Shown: positions 27,441 through 36,481 of the stretch, one piece after another
How positions within the stretch are numbered: the stretch's first letter is position 1
Layout of the letters: each line of letters starts with the position of its first letter
Assembly (NCBI GenBank): GCA_947165475.1
Contig: CAMVAN010000002.1
Span: forward strand, 1-52,056
Source of the DNA: an uncultured Bacillales bacterium
GTDB taxonomy: Bacteria; Bacillota_I; Bacilli_A; RF39; UBA660
Length of the DNA stretch: 52,056 bases
Reading direction: 5' to 3'
The notes under the pieces: model-generated
Told to the model about the DNA's origin: nothing
Databases searched by the model: none
What the model saw: the letters and a program-made list of their open reading frames with translations, nothing else
Program-made: the position numbers and the translations under genes

Positions 27441-29774
27441 TTATTCATTTATTTGATTTTGAGATACGTAATTTCTCACTATTTCTATTATTCTATTATA
27501 TTCATTTTGCAATTCTTGAAAATGTTCTTGTACAAAGGTTGAATCATTTTCTTTGCTTTTTAGCTCATGTTGATAACTAATATCTGCTAAATTCATAAAT
27601 CCTAAATATTTACAGTCACTTTTTAAGGAGTGAACTAATATTGCATATTCTGGCATATTATTTTCATTTTTGTATTTTATAATATTATTCCATTTTTCAT
27701 CTATTTCTTTTGAAAAGTCTTGTATGGTCATATTATACATTTCCATGTCTCCTAATAATTCTAGAGCGTGATTGATATCTACTCCATTATTTATTAGATA
27801 ATCTTTATCATAGTTTTCATTATTAATTGTTTCTAATGGTACTACTGGTATGGTCTCTATTTCATTGTTTAAGATTTCTATTGGTTCTATATGATCTATT
27901 TTTATTGGCGTTAAAGTGTTTAAATCTTTTTCTTCAATATTTTGTTTTGTTTCATATTGAATAGCGTTTTCTTTGATTGCCCTATTCATTACTTCAATTA
28001 ATTGTTCTTTTTCAATTGGTTTTGCTAGATAGTCACTAAAACCATCTTTTATATATTTTTCTCTCATTCCACTAATTGCGTTTGCAGTTAAAGCTATAAC
28101 AGGTGTATTAAAATTATCTATTTCTTTTAGTCTTTTTAATGTTTCTACTCCGCTCATTTTTGGCATCATGTCATCTAAAAGAATTATATCAAACTTATCT
28201 TTATTTTTTATTTTTGAGATACATTCAAATCCACTTTCACATGTTGTAATCATGTTGGCATTATATTTTTCTAGTAATTTTGTTGTTACTTTTAAGTTTA
28301 ATGGATTATCATCTATTATTAATATTTTAATATTATATAGATCTAACGTATTTTGGTTAAATTCATTAACTTCTTTTTCTTCAATCTCTATTCCTTGATT
28401 TATTACAACTGTAAATTTACTTCCTTCACCATATACTGTATGAACTATTATTTTTCCACCCATTAATTCTATTAATTGTTTTGTTATCGCTAATCCTAAC
28501 CCAGTTCCTTCAATTGTTGTATTTTTGTCTTCATCTAATCTTTGGAATTTAGTAAACATTTTATCAATGTTTTCTTTTTTTATGCCTCTTCCAGAGTCTT
28601 CTACAGTTATTATTAATTTGGTTGCCTTTTCTGAATTAACACAATTGACTTCATAATGTACATAACCTTTTTCTGTATATTTGCATGCATTGCTTAGTAA
28701 GTTTGTTACTACTTTTTTTAAATTCGCATGATCTCCATAAAGTGTTTTTGGTATATCATCTGCTATTTTATAGGTAAATTCTAATCCTTTATCTCGAGCT
28801 TTTATTTCTATCATTTTTGCTAGACTTTCAAATAATTTTTTTGCATTATATTTTGAGTCAATTATTTCAATCTTTCCAGCTTCTATTTTTGATATATCTA
28901 AAATTCCGTTTACTATTTCCAATAATGTATCTGAAGCATTTATGATATCTTTAGCGTTTTCTTTTGCTTCTTCTAGTGTTTTTGCATCCATTATACAATC
29001 ACTAAAACCTACTATTGCATTTAGAGGTGTTCTTATTTCATGAGACATACTTGATAGAAAATCTGTTTTAGCACGACTTGCTTTTTCTGCTTTTTCTTTT
29101 GCTAGTTCTAGTTGCTGAATCATTTTCATATCTGGATTTTCTATTGTAAAGAACATTATATAATTTATAAACGTTAATGAAATAGAAATAATAATTAAAT
29201 ATGGATTAAAACGAGATATGATTATTAATAATATTATACTTACTATAACAGAAATCAACGGAATATAACGCTTATCTATTTTTTTTGGATTTAGAATCAT
29301 TACTGTTAAGGATATCATTATATAAAATGATATTGCTAAAATAAGAAATTTTATAGATGAACCTTCTACACTAAAATGTCCATTACTGCTTATTACGGAT
29401 ATATTTCCTAAAAGTATGAATATTGAAAATATAATATCAACTATTGTAACATATTGAAAAATTTGTTCTGAGTTATCTCTTATTTTTTGATAAGTTATAA
29501 TTGCTATATATAAAAATAAGGAACTCATATATATTACTAATAAGATAAAATCAAATTTATTTAGTATTTGTATAATTATATCTATCGTTGGAGTAATATT
29601 AAAAAGTGAAAATGATTGCAATATTGTTACTAGTATTGAATCAATTAATACTACTATTATCATTATTGTGTACATATTATTTTCAAGTAGTGGCATCCTC
29701 TTTTTTAAGAAAAAAATCATACATAATAATATTGAAAAAAATATTGAACATATAGGCAATATCATTCCTTGCAT
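27441..29774 (-). CDS. Hybrid sensor histidine kinase (multi-TM sensor, HisKA, HATPase_c, REC, Hpt)
   Basis: About 6-7 N-terminal TM helices. H-box SHEIRTPLN. N/G boxes (LLSNACKYT, DSGRGI, GTGLGL). REC (IIDDNPLN...LLDDMMPKMSG...LTANA). C-terminal Hpt (HSLKSDCKYLGF). Confidence 0.88.
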   Translation of the reverse strand: MQGMILPICSIFFSILLCMIFFLKKRMPLLENNMYTIMIIVVLIDSILVTILQSFSLFNITPTIDIIIQILNKFDFILLVIYMSSLFLYIAIITYQKIRDNSEQIFQYVTIVDIIFSIFILLGNISVISSNGHFSVEGSSIKFLILAISFYIMISLTVMILNPKKIDKRYIPLISVIVSIILLIIISRFNPYLIIISISLTFINYIMFFTIENPDMKMIQQLELAKEKAEKASRAKTDFLSSMSHEIRTPLNAIVGFSDCIMDAKTLEEAKENAKDIINASDTLLEIVNGILDISKIEAGKIEIIDSKYNAKKLFESLAKMIEIKARDKGLEFTYKIADDIPKTLYGDHANLKKVVTNLLSNACKYTEKGYVHYEVNCVNSEKATKLIITVEDSGRGIKKENIDKMFTKFQRLDEDKNTTIEGTGLGLAITKQLIELMGGKIIVHTVYGEGSKFTVVINQGIEIEEKEVNEFNQNTLDLYNIKILIIDDNPLNLKVTTKLLEKYNANMITTCESGFECISKIKNKDKFDIILLDDMMPKMSGVETLKRLKEIDNFNTPVIALTANAISGMREKYIKDGFSDYLAKPIEKEQLIEVMNRAIKENAIQYETKQNIEEKDLNTLTPIKIDHIEPIEILNNEIETIPVVPLETINNENYDKDYLINNGVDINHALELLGDMEMYNMTIQDFSKEIDEKWNNIIKYKNENNMPEYAILVHSLKSDCKYLGFMNLADISYQHELKSKENDSTFVQEHFQELQNEYNRIIEIVRNYVSQNQINE

Positions 29775-29817
29775 TTTAACACCTTCCTATTATATTTATA
29801 TTATATATTAATTTAGG

Positions 29818-29848
29818 AAAATAAAAAAGAAGAAATTAATATCTTCTT
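29818..29848 (-). terminator. Rho-independent terminator after the acyltransferase gene
   Basis: AGAAGA(29828-29833)/TCTTCT(29842-29847) stem spanning the stop codon. TTTTTTAT follows on the minus transcript. Confidence 0.55.
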
Positions 29849-30963
29849 TGAAAATTATTTCTAATTATTTTTCTTGCCATTACTATACTGTGCGCGTTCT
29901 TAGGTGTTATGTTTTTAATTTTAGCTATATCTTGTAAAGCTTTATAATATTCCATTTCTTTTTTTGTTTGATAGTCTGCAGTTGTTTCTATTTCAGGGTC
30001 ATAGTAATCAACTGTTTTTATTCTTTCTTTTAATTGTTCTTCCCACGCTTCTACTGAATAGTAGTGATATTTTAATAATTCATCTCTTGTAGTTTTGCCA
30101 TATTTTTGCATCATTAAATATGTCCAATAAGCCATTTTATCTCTTAAATAAGTTAATGCTTCTTTTTCATTATATTTTGTTAAGTCAATTGGATCATCTA
30201 CAACTGTATGAATAATATCATTTTTATGTAAGTCTTTTTTGTAGTGTATTACAGGTACTACTCTTACATTTGTTTCTTTAGCAATTTTATATATTCCTGG
30301 CCACAAGTGTAATAAAAGTTTATCTGTGCATTTGTTCCATACTCCTTCTGGATATATTATAATGTCTTTTCCCATTTTTAATACTGTGATACATTTTTTT
30401 ATGCTTGATTCTCTTGATGATGCAACTTTTCTGTTAACTAAGATTACTCCATTTATCCATGATATTATACCATCTATTGTATTATAAAATTGTGGCAAAC
30501 TGCCAAACAAAATATATGCATTTTTATTTGCTGATAGGACAGTTGCTAAAGCATCGTCTTTGAAACCATGGTTTGCTATCCAAATATATATTTCGTCTTT
30601 TTTTAAATTAGCTCCTTCATCTTTTTCTAATATATTTTTGTCTAAAACAACATTCTCTCCTAATTTTATTTGTTCTTGATAGTCATAGTATTTTAATTCA
30701 TTTCTATCTTCAAATACTTGTTTACTTTTTAAAAATGAATGCCCATATTTTTTTATTATTTTATTTATTTTTTCTCTTCTTTTCATAATTGTTTCAGAGA
30801 ATAATTTGTTTTCATCATTATCTAATAAATAATAAAAATGATTTGCTAAATAATAAAATAGTAATGATGGTTTTTTGTTTCCTATTAAGTCCTTTATAGT
30901 TATTATTTTATCTTGATATTTCTTTTCTATTTTTTTTAATATCTTTTCTTTTAATTTTGACAA
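29836..30963 (-). CDS. Lysophospholipid/glycerol-phosphate acyltransferase family protein (PlsC-like)
   Basis: HX4D motif (NHGFKDD) and a downstream YPEG block. The TTG start at 30963 lies 9 nt after AGGGGGA. Confidence 0.6.
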   Translation of the reverse strand: MSKLKEKILKKIEKKYQDKIITIKDLIGNKKPSLLFYYLANHFYYLLDNDENKLFSETIMKRREKINKIIKKYGHSFLKSKQVFEDRNELKYYDYQEQIKLGENVVLDKNILEKDEGANLKKDEIYIWIANHGFKDDALATVLSANKNAYILFGSLPQFYNTIDGIISWINGVILVNRKVASSRESSIKKCITVLKMGKDIIIYPEGVWNKCTDKLLLHLWPGIYKIAKETNVRVVPVIHYKKDLHKNDIIHTVVDDPIDLTKYNEKEALTYLRDKMAYWTYLMMQKYGKTTRDELLKYHYYSVEAWEEQLKERIKTVDYYDPEIETTADYQTKKEMEYYKALQDIAKIKNITPKNAHSIVMARKIIRNNFQRRY

Positions 30964-31174
30964 GTCCCCTTATCCCCCTTTTTTTTCGTATTATACTACT
31001 GTTTTTATTATCTTTCAATTCTCTACAGTTATGTTTTAGTTCCACTGGTGCAATTATTCTTTTATCATTATATGAGGAAACTGTTCCATACATAGAAAAA
31101 GTCATAATAAAAACAAGTACAAAACATAATATTAATTCTATGGTTGTTATTCCTAACTTATTTAGCTTTTTTAT
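30908..31174 (-). pseudogene. Cryptic prepilin-like ORF without a canonical start (possible decayed or non-ATG-initiated minor pilin)
   Basis: The minus-strand frame reads GAGG-ATG-TAA-TAT-ATA..., translating to M*YIKKLNKLG|ITTIELILCFVLVFIMTFSMYG... This is a class III signal-peptide-like motif (G, then Glu at +5, then a hydrophobic helix). The only ATG is followed immediately by TAA. ATA (31172-31174) lies 9 nt after GAGG. The tail overlaps the acyltransferase start. Confidence 0.3.
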
Positions 31175-31224
31175 ATATTACATCCTCTATTTTTTATCTT
31201 TTATAATTGTATAATATCATATTT

Positions 31225-31256
31225 TTCTAAAAAAAAAGAAGATTTATTCTTCTTCT
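31225..31256 (-). terminator. Rho-independent terminator of rpmF
   Basis: AAGAAGA(31236-31242)/TCTTCTT(31248-31254) stem overlapping the stop codon. TTTTTTTAG follows on the minus transcript. Confidence 0.6.
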
Positions 31257-31450
31257 TTTGATATTTCTACTTTTCCTTTATAACTTCCACATTTTGGACA
31301 TACTCTATGAGATTTAATCATTTCTCCACAACTAGGACATTTAGTCATTCCTGGAATATCCATTGCATTATGACTTCTTCTCATTCTTTTTCTAGTTTTT
31401 GAAACTTTACGGAAAGGAACCGCAAACAATTGAATATCTAATTTCATCAT
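31244..31450 (-). CDS. rpmF: 50S ribosomal protein L32 with an L27-type N-terminal extension
   Basis: The core [18 protein letters not shown]...CPSCGE...CPKCG is canonical Zn-ribbon L32. The start is assigned to ATGATG at 31450, 6 nt after AAGGAGG, giving MMKLDIQLF|AVPFRK. The longer ORF-track start at 31495 would place the RBS inside the coding sequence. Confidence 0.9.
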   Translation of the reverse strand: MMKLDIQLFAVPFRKVSKTRKRMRRSHNAMDIPGMTKCPSCGEMIKSHRVCPKCGSYKGKVEISKEEE

Positions 31451-31501
31451 ATTATCCCTCCTTTTCACTATCTTTACTATCATCACGATTATCAATCTAT
31501 T

Positions 31502-31906
31502 TTATAAATCTTCTTCGCGAATTAATCTCCATCCATCTCCTTGTATTTTACTAAAATCTTTTACTTCTGTAAAGTACGTGGGGACCTCTAGTACAATATT
31601 TTCCCATAAAAACGACAAAATATCAAGACTATTTTCGTTTTTTATATAAATTTTATCTAAATTCTCATCTATTTCTATGTTTATTGGATAATCAATTATC
31701 TCTAATGTAATACTATCTTGTATCTTTATTGTGGTTTTTATAGTACAGTTGATATGAACTGTTTGATAATCATTATTTATAATATTCCCTTTTACTTCTA
31801 CTGGAAACGTTTGAATAATTTCTGGATATTTAAACGTTTTATTAAAATAATAGATACCACTAATATCTATTATTTTGTCATTTATTAATATTGTATTATT
31901 CTTCAT
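31502..31906 (-). CDS. yceD: YceD/DUF177 family protein (large-subunit rRNA accumulation protein)
   Basis: Lies directly upstream of rpmF, the conserved position for this family. The C-terminal motif SLDILSFLWENIVLEVP fits DUF177. The family Cys motif is absent. Confidence 0.55.
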   Translation of the reverse strand: MKNNTILINDKIIDISGIYYFNKTFKYPEIIQTFPVEVKGNIINNDYQTVHINCTIKTTIKIQDSITLEIIDYPINIEIDENLDKIYIKNENSLDILSFLWENIVLEVPTYFTEVKDFSKIQGDGWRLIREEDL

Positions 31907-32498
31907 CTTTTTTATCCTCTAGATTATTTATTATGGAGTTATCTTCTATTACTTTCATTATACCATGATAATGCATTTTTGCTCCTAAAGGTAGCTCACT
32001 TTCTTGACTTACCCATACTCTTATTGAAATCGTTGTTTTATCTAATGCTTCCATTATATTTTCAGTCAGTACTCCATTTTCTAATTCTTCTAAAGTGTAT
32101 ATTTCTGTTTTATTCTTTCCAACTTTTACAGATATTCTTATATCTGATTTTGATATTAGTTTTTCTTCACAATTGTCTTTTGAAATTGTTTCTAAGTCTT
32201 CTTCTATTTTTATTCTATAACCTACTTTTTCTGTTAAGTTGTTTTTAATGTTTATTATGTAATTTTTTGAACTAAGACCTACAGAGTCTGTAACAGGAGT
32301 AACTTTTGTTATACTTATTTTATCTCCTGTTTTTTCTAGATAGGTAACATCTAGGTTTTCTGAGTTTGATTCAATACTTCTATCATCTTGAAATTTATAA
32401 TAGATAAAATATGTTGGGATAATTGCTATAAGTAGTATAAAACTTATATATATTGTATTTTTTATTAATTCTTTTTTTCTCATTTCTTTATATAGCAT
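31896..32498 (-). CDS. Hypothetical N-terminally anchored extracytoplasmic protein
   Basis: One N-terminal TM (IYISFILLIAIIPTYFIYY) followed by a beta-rich soluble domain. The ATG at 32498 is preferred, 8 nt after GAGGTG. Overlaps the yceD start by 11 nt. Confidence 0.45.
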   Translation of the reverse strand: MLYKEMRKKELIKNTIYISFILLIAIIPTYFIYYKFQDDRSIESNSENLDVTYLEKTGDKISITKVTPVTDSVGLSSKNYIINIKNNLTEKVGYRIKIEEDLETISKDNCEEKLISKSDIRISVKVGKNKTEIYTLEELENGVLTENIMEALDKTTISIRVWVSQESELPLGAKMHYHGIMKVIEDNSIINNLEDKKDEE

Positions 32499-32577
32499 AA
32501 ATATCACACCTCTTAGCTCAATGTTATTTTATCAAATTATTATTAATAATGAAATATCTATACTTGTTGTTTTACAA

Positions 32578-33480
32578 CTATTGACACATTTCAATAACTT
32601 TTAAAACAACATTATAATCTTTACAATTTACTATAAATCTGCCAGAATGACAAAATCGTAATCCTTTTATATTAGATATTTTTTCTAATTCTTCATTTTC
32701 TAAACCTGCCCAAGACTCTGGAAATGCTTTTCTTGGATTATGATCTTGAAAAGATATTGGAACTGTTTTTATAGCAAATCCTCCTCTATTTGATGGAAAT
32801 GCTACAAACTCTATTTTATTATATTTTTCATCTTTTAATAATGTTTCTTCGTATGGAAGATATTCATCTAGTATAAAATAATTACTTGTTCCATCATATT
32901 TATTTAGATACTCTAGTACTTTTTTTTCTGCCAAAATTTTTCCTTTTATATAAGATAGTTCTTCTTTTAATATCATTTCTGCAAGTTTTACGGCTTTTAA
33001 AAATTGATCACTTTCGTTTTCTGCACTTTCAAAGCTTGGATTAAACATTTTTATTATACTAGGTATTGTTTTTACTTTAAATGTACTTTCTATTTTTGGA
33101 AATACTCCATTGTCATCGGCGTCTATTCCTTCTATTAGGTCTTTATCTACTGCTAGATAAATTGCTTCTACTTCTGGAAAATTATTTTTTTCTAAATAAT
33201 CTTTTCCAAAGTCTTTCCATAAGAGTCCAATCGAACTATAAGGAATTTGATTTTCTCTTTTCTCTGAATCTAACTGGTGATGATCATATTTTCCTCTTCC
33301 TATATCATATATTATACAATCTTGTTGATTATCATCTTTTTTTATGCTATTTGTTCGATACACTTTTATATTTTTTTTATATAAATGAAGGAATGCTGTT
33401 GCAAAAACCTCATCTGCGTGCATGGTTCCACTATGAGTTATACAATTTGCCTCTTCTATATTATGTACTATTTGTATCAT
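32578..33480 (-). CDS. MYG1/UPF0160 family metal-dependent hydrolase
   Basis: THSGTMHADEVFA and DIGRGKYDHHQ motifs. 300 aa. Confidence 0.85.
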   Translation of the reverse strand: MIQIVHNIEEANCITHSGTMHADEVFATAFLHLYKKNIKVYRTNSIKKDDNQQDCIIYDIGRGKYDHHQLDSEKRENQIPYSSIGLLWKDFGKDYLEKNNFPEVEAIYLAVDKDLIEGIDADDNGVFPKIESTFKVKTIPSIIKMFNPSFESAENESDQFLKAVKLAEMILKEELSYIKGKILAEKKVLEYLNKYDGTSNYFILDEYLPYEETLLKDEKYNKIEFVAFPSNRGGFAIKTVPISFQDHNPRKAFPESWAGLENEELEKISNIKGLRFCHSGRFIVNCKDYNVVLKVIEMCQ

Positions 33481-33483
33481 TTT

Positions 33484-34155
33484 TTACCTTCTTTCATCAC
33501 TTCTTGCTATTAAAATTAATCTAAATATTTCTATTAAAGATGTAGCTACACCTGCTACATATGTTAGGGCAGCTGCTGTAAGCATTCCTCTACATTCCTT
33601 TTTTTCGTTTTTATCAATTATTTTTAATTTTTCTATTTGTTTTAGAGCTCTATTTGATGCGTTAAATTCTACTGGTAAAGTAATAATTTGAAACAATAAG
33701 ATAATTAATTCTGTTAATATACCTATCCATAGTAGTTTAAATATTGATGTTATGATACTTATCAATATTATTATATAACCTATTTTAGATGCAAAATTTA
33801 CTAGTGGAACTATAGAACTTCTTATTCTTAAAAACAAATATCCATTCTTATCTTGTATTGCATGTCCACATTCATGAGAAGCTACACTTATTGCGGCTAT
33901 TGTTTTACTATTATAAATGTCACTAGAAAGATTAACTACTTTATTTTGTGGGTCGTAGTGATCACTAAGAGTTCCAGTTACTTCTTTTATTTTCACGTTT
34001 TTTAATCCGTTTTTATCTAATATTATTCTTGCTACTTCTTTACCTGTATATTGATTAGCATTTTGTATTTTATTTGTTTTATTATATTTTGTATTTATGT
34101 AGAGCTGTGATACAATCGTTATCATTAATGATAGAAATAATAATATTGTGTACAT
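33484..34155 (-). CDS. Membrane zinc metallopeptidase (PF04298-like)
   Basis: N-terminal TM, HECGHAIQD (HExxH) and C-terminal TM helices. The layout is typical of this family. Confidence 0.8.
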   Translation of the reverse strand: MYTILLFLSLMITIVSQLYINTKYNKTNKIQNANQYTGKEVARIILDKNGLKNVKIKEVTGTLSDHYDPQNKVVNLSSDIYNSKTIAAISVASHECGHAIQDKNGYLFLRIRSSIVPLVNFASKIGYIIILISIITSIFKLLWIGILTELIILLFQIITLPVEFNASNRALKQIEKLKIIDKNEKKECRGMLTAAALTYVAGVATSLIEIFRLILIARSDERR

Positions 34156-34165
34156 ATTTCCTCCT

Positions 34166-34591
34166 TTATTTTTGGCAAGTATCGTTTTTTATTGGGGTAT
34201 CTTTTCCATTATTTGGGAATGTATAATTGTAATTTATACAACATAATACTACTGTATAATTTTCGTCTGGTAGATTGCTAGATTCTCCTCCTGCTCCAGT
34301 TGTTGTTCTTGTAACTTTTCCGTCACATATATTCTCGGAAGATGACGGATCAGTTGGCCTCTCTAGATAATCTTTTTCATATAAATCATTAATTGTTACT
34401 GTTGTTGCGGTTGGATGATCTACAATATATTCTTCCATTGCAGAAATACTTGATTGTACTAACGTTTCATATGCTTTTTTTCTTGTACCATTTATATATC
34501 TAGAATAAGCAGTGATTGCTAATCCCATTAATATGCCCATTATTGTTATAGTTCCTAATAATTCTACTAATGAAAATCCTTTTTTATTCAT
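34166..34591 (-). CDS. Type IV pilin / pseudopilin with an N-terminal cleavage-methylation motif
   Basis: MNKKG|FSLVELLGTITIMGILMGLAITAY. Glu at +5. Cys residues in the C-terminal part (C..C, CC) may form a disulfide loop. Confidence 0.85.
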   Translation of the reverse strand: MNKKGFSLVELLGTITIMGILMGLAITAYSRYINGTRKKAYETLVQSSISAMEEYIVDHPTATTVTINDLYEKDYLERPTDPSSSENICDGKVTRTTTGAGGESSNLPDENYTVVLCCINYNYTFPNNGKDTPIKNDTCQK

Positions 34592-34593
34592 TT

Positions 34594-36354
34594 TTACACC
34601 TCTTTTAAATATTCTTGTAATTTTTTTCCTACTTCTTTTCCGACTATTTCAGATAATTCGTCAAGTGATGCTTCTTTCATTTTTTTTAAAGAACCAAATT
34701 TTTTTAATAGTTCTTTTTTTCTTACGTCACCAATTCCTGGTACAACATCTAATACACTTGAAAGAGCCCCTTTTGCTTTTATATTTCTGTGATAAGCAAT
34801 GGCATATCTATGTACTTCTTCTTGTATTCTTGTTAGAAATAAGAATAATTTTGAATCTTTATTTACTGGTAGTATATCATAATTTTGATTCATTATATAG
34901 CTTGTTCTATGATTTTTATCTTTTACTAATCCTATTATTGGTATTTTTAATCCTAACGAGTCTAATATTTCTTTACAGACATTTATTTGCAGTTGCCCTC
35001 CATCCATAACTATTAAATCAGGGGCTTCTATTTCTCCCATTAATGTTTTGAAATATCTTCTATACAATACTTCTTTCATAGCGCCTAAATCATCTTTTAC
35101 ATCTGTTGAAATTTTATACTTTCTATATAAATTTTTATTTGGAATGAAATCATCAAATACTACCATTCCTCCTACATAAAAAGTTCCAAATAAATGAGAG
35201 TTATCGAATGATTCCATCCTTCTTACAGAGTTAAGATTTAGTAATTTTTTTAATTCTTCTAGGGCTTTTTTTCTTTCTTCATCATCTCTTTTTAATGTTT
35301 CTTCTTTTAATTCCATCTGCTCTTTTGCATTTTCATAAGCTAAATCTAGAAGACTTTTTAATTTTCCTTTTTGTGGTGTATATACTTTTATATTGAAATA
35401 ATTTGAGACTAGGTCTTTATCAATTTCTTGTGGTATGTATAACTCATGTGGTAAAAGTGTTTTTTCATAAAATTTTATAAGATATTCTAATATTTCTGAT
35501 TCTATATCACCTAGAGATGAAATAATTTCATTGTGTCTTCCAAATAATAGACCATCTCTTATAAAAAATATTTCTATACTTAGATAATTATTATCATAAT
35601 AATAGTTTATTAAATCAAAATTAAAATTCTTATTTAGATCAATTTTTTGTTTTTTTAGTGTAGTATCAATATCATCTAGCATGTTTTTTAGTTCAAGTGC
35701 TTTTTCATAATTCATATTTTCACTTGCTTTATTCATTTCTTGTTTTATTCTATTTTTAATTTCATCACTATCTCCTTTTAAGAAACTAATAATTTCTTTA
35801 TTCATTGATTCTATTTCTGATTTATCTACTTTTTTACAACAATACCCTAAACATTCGTGTATATGGTAATATAAACATAATTCTTTCTTTAGGTGGTCAC
35901 ATTTTCTTAGAGGATATATTCTATTTATCATATTTACTGTTTTTCTTGCTGCTGTTACATTTGGATATGGCCCATATAGATGATTTTTATTACGCTTTCT
36001 TTTTACATTTCGTATTATTTTTAACGTTGGATATTCCTCGTTTGTTAATTCAATATAAGGATATGATTTATCATCTCGAAGGAGGATATTATATTTTGGG
36101 TCATATTTTTTTATTAAAGTTATTTCTAGTATTAAGCTTTCTAGTTCAGATGATGTAACTATATATTCAAAATCATCAATATCTTCTACTAACATTTTTG
36201 TTTTGCCTGTTAAAGTTCTTGTAAAATAACTTCTTAATCTTCTTTGCAAGTTTTTTGCTTTTCCGACGTATATTACAACGCCATCTTTATTTTTCATTTG
36301 ATAACTACCTGGTTTTGTTGGGACTAGGCTTAATTTTTCTTTGAAATCTTTCAT
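34594..36354 (-). CDS. uvrC: Excinuclease ABC subunit C
   Basis: GIY-YIG N-terminus (PGSYQMKN...VIYVGKAKNL), UvrBC domain, an RNase H-like endonuclease region, and a C-terminal (HhH)2 (VPGIGDVRKKELLKKFGS). Confidence 0.95.
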   Translation of the reverse strand: MKDFKEKLSLVPTKPGSYQMKNKDGVVIYVGKAKNLQRRLRSYFTRTLTGKTKMLVEDIDDFEYIVTSSELESLILEITLIKKYDPKYNILLRDDKSYPYIELTNEEYPTLKIIRNVKRKRNKNHLYGPYPNVTAARKTVNMINRIYPLRKCDHLKKELCLYYHIHECLGYCCKKVDKSEIESMNKEIISFLKGDSDEIKNRIKQEMNKASENMNYEKALELKNMLDDIDTTLKKQKIDLNKNFNFDLINYYYDNNYLSIEIFFIRDGLLFGRHNEIISSLGDIESEILEYLIKFYEKTLLPHELYIPQEIDKDLVSNYFNIKVYTPQKGKLKSLLDLAYENAKEQMELKEETLKRDDEERKKALEELKKLLNLNSVRRMESFDNSHLFGTFYVGGMVVFDDFIPNKNLYRKYKISTDVKDDLGAMKEVLYRRYFKTLMGEIEAPDLIVMDGGQLQINVCKEILDSLGLKIPIIGLVKDKNHRTSYIMNQNYDILPVNKDSKLFLFLTRIQEEVHRYAIAYHRNIKAKGALSSVLDVVPGIGDVRKKELLKKFGSLKKMKEASLDELSEIVGKEVGKKLQEYLKEV

Positions 36355-36434
36355 ATGTTCTCCTTCTGATATTATTATAAGCTATTTTTTACATGATTTC
36401 TATTGTAAAATAGAATAAAATGTTAGATGATTTA

Positions 36435-36463
36435 TTGTACAAATAACTCTAAAATGATATATT
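36435..36463 (+). promoter_or_regulatory. Candidate sigma-A promoter of paralog A1
   Basis: TTGTAC (36435-36440), a 17-nt spacer ending in TGA, then TATATT (36458-36463). RBS GAGG at 36469-36472 and ATG at 36482. Confidence 0.5.
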
Positions 36464-36481
36464 AATGTTGAGGTATTTATT

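Noticed and set aside
30957-31214. 85-aa plus-strand ORF in the rpmF/acyltransferase gap
   Set aside because: No RBS, and it runs against local transcription. The minus-strand prepilin-like frame explains the region better.
31451-31495. Longer rpmF start ([15 protein letters not shown]…) given by the ORF track
   Set aside because: The AAGGAGG Shine-Dalgarno lies inside this extension, 6 nt before the ATGATG at 31450. I trimmed similar upstream extensions for yneF (37681-37749), the lipoprotein (40868-40957), dnaB (6260-6337) and orf203 (32499-32507).
33081-35009. L/F-rich plus-strand ORFs of 147 and 165 aa overlapping the MYG1, pilin and uvrC genes
   Set aside because: The Leu/Phe-rich low-complexity sequence is produced by reading A-rich coding DNA in antisense. 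There are no start-site signals.
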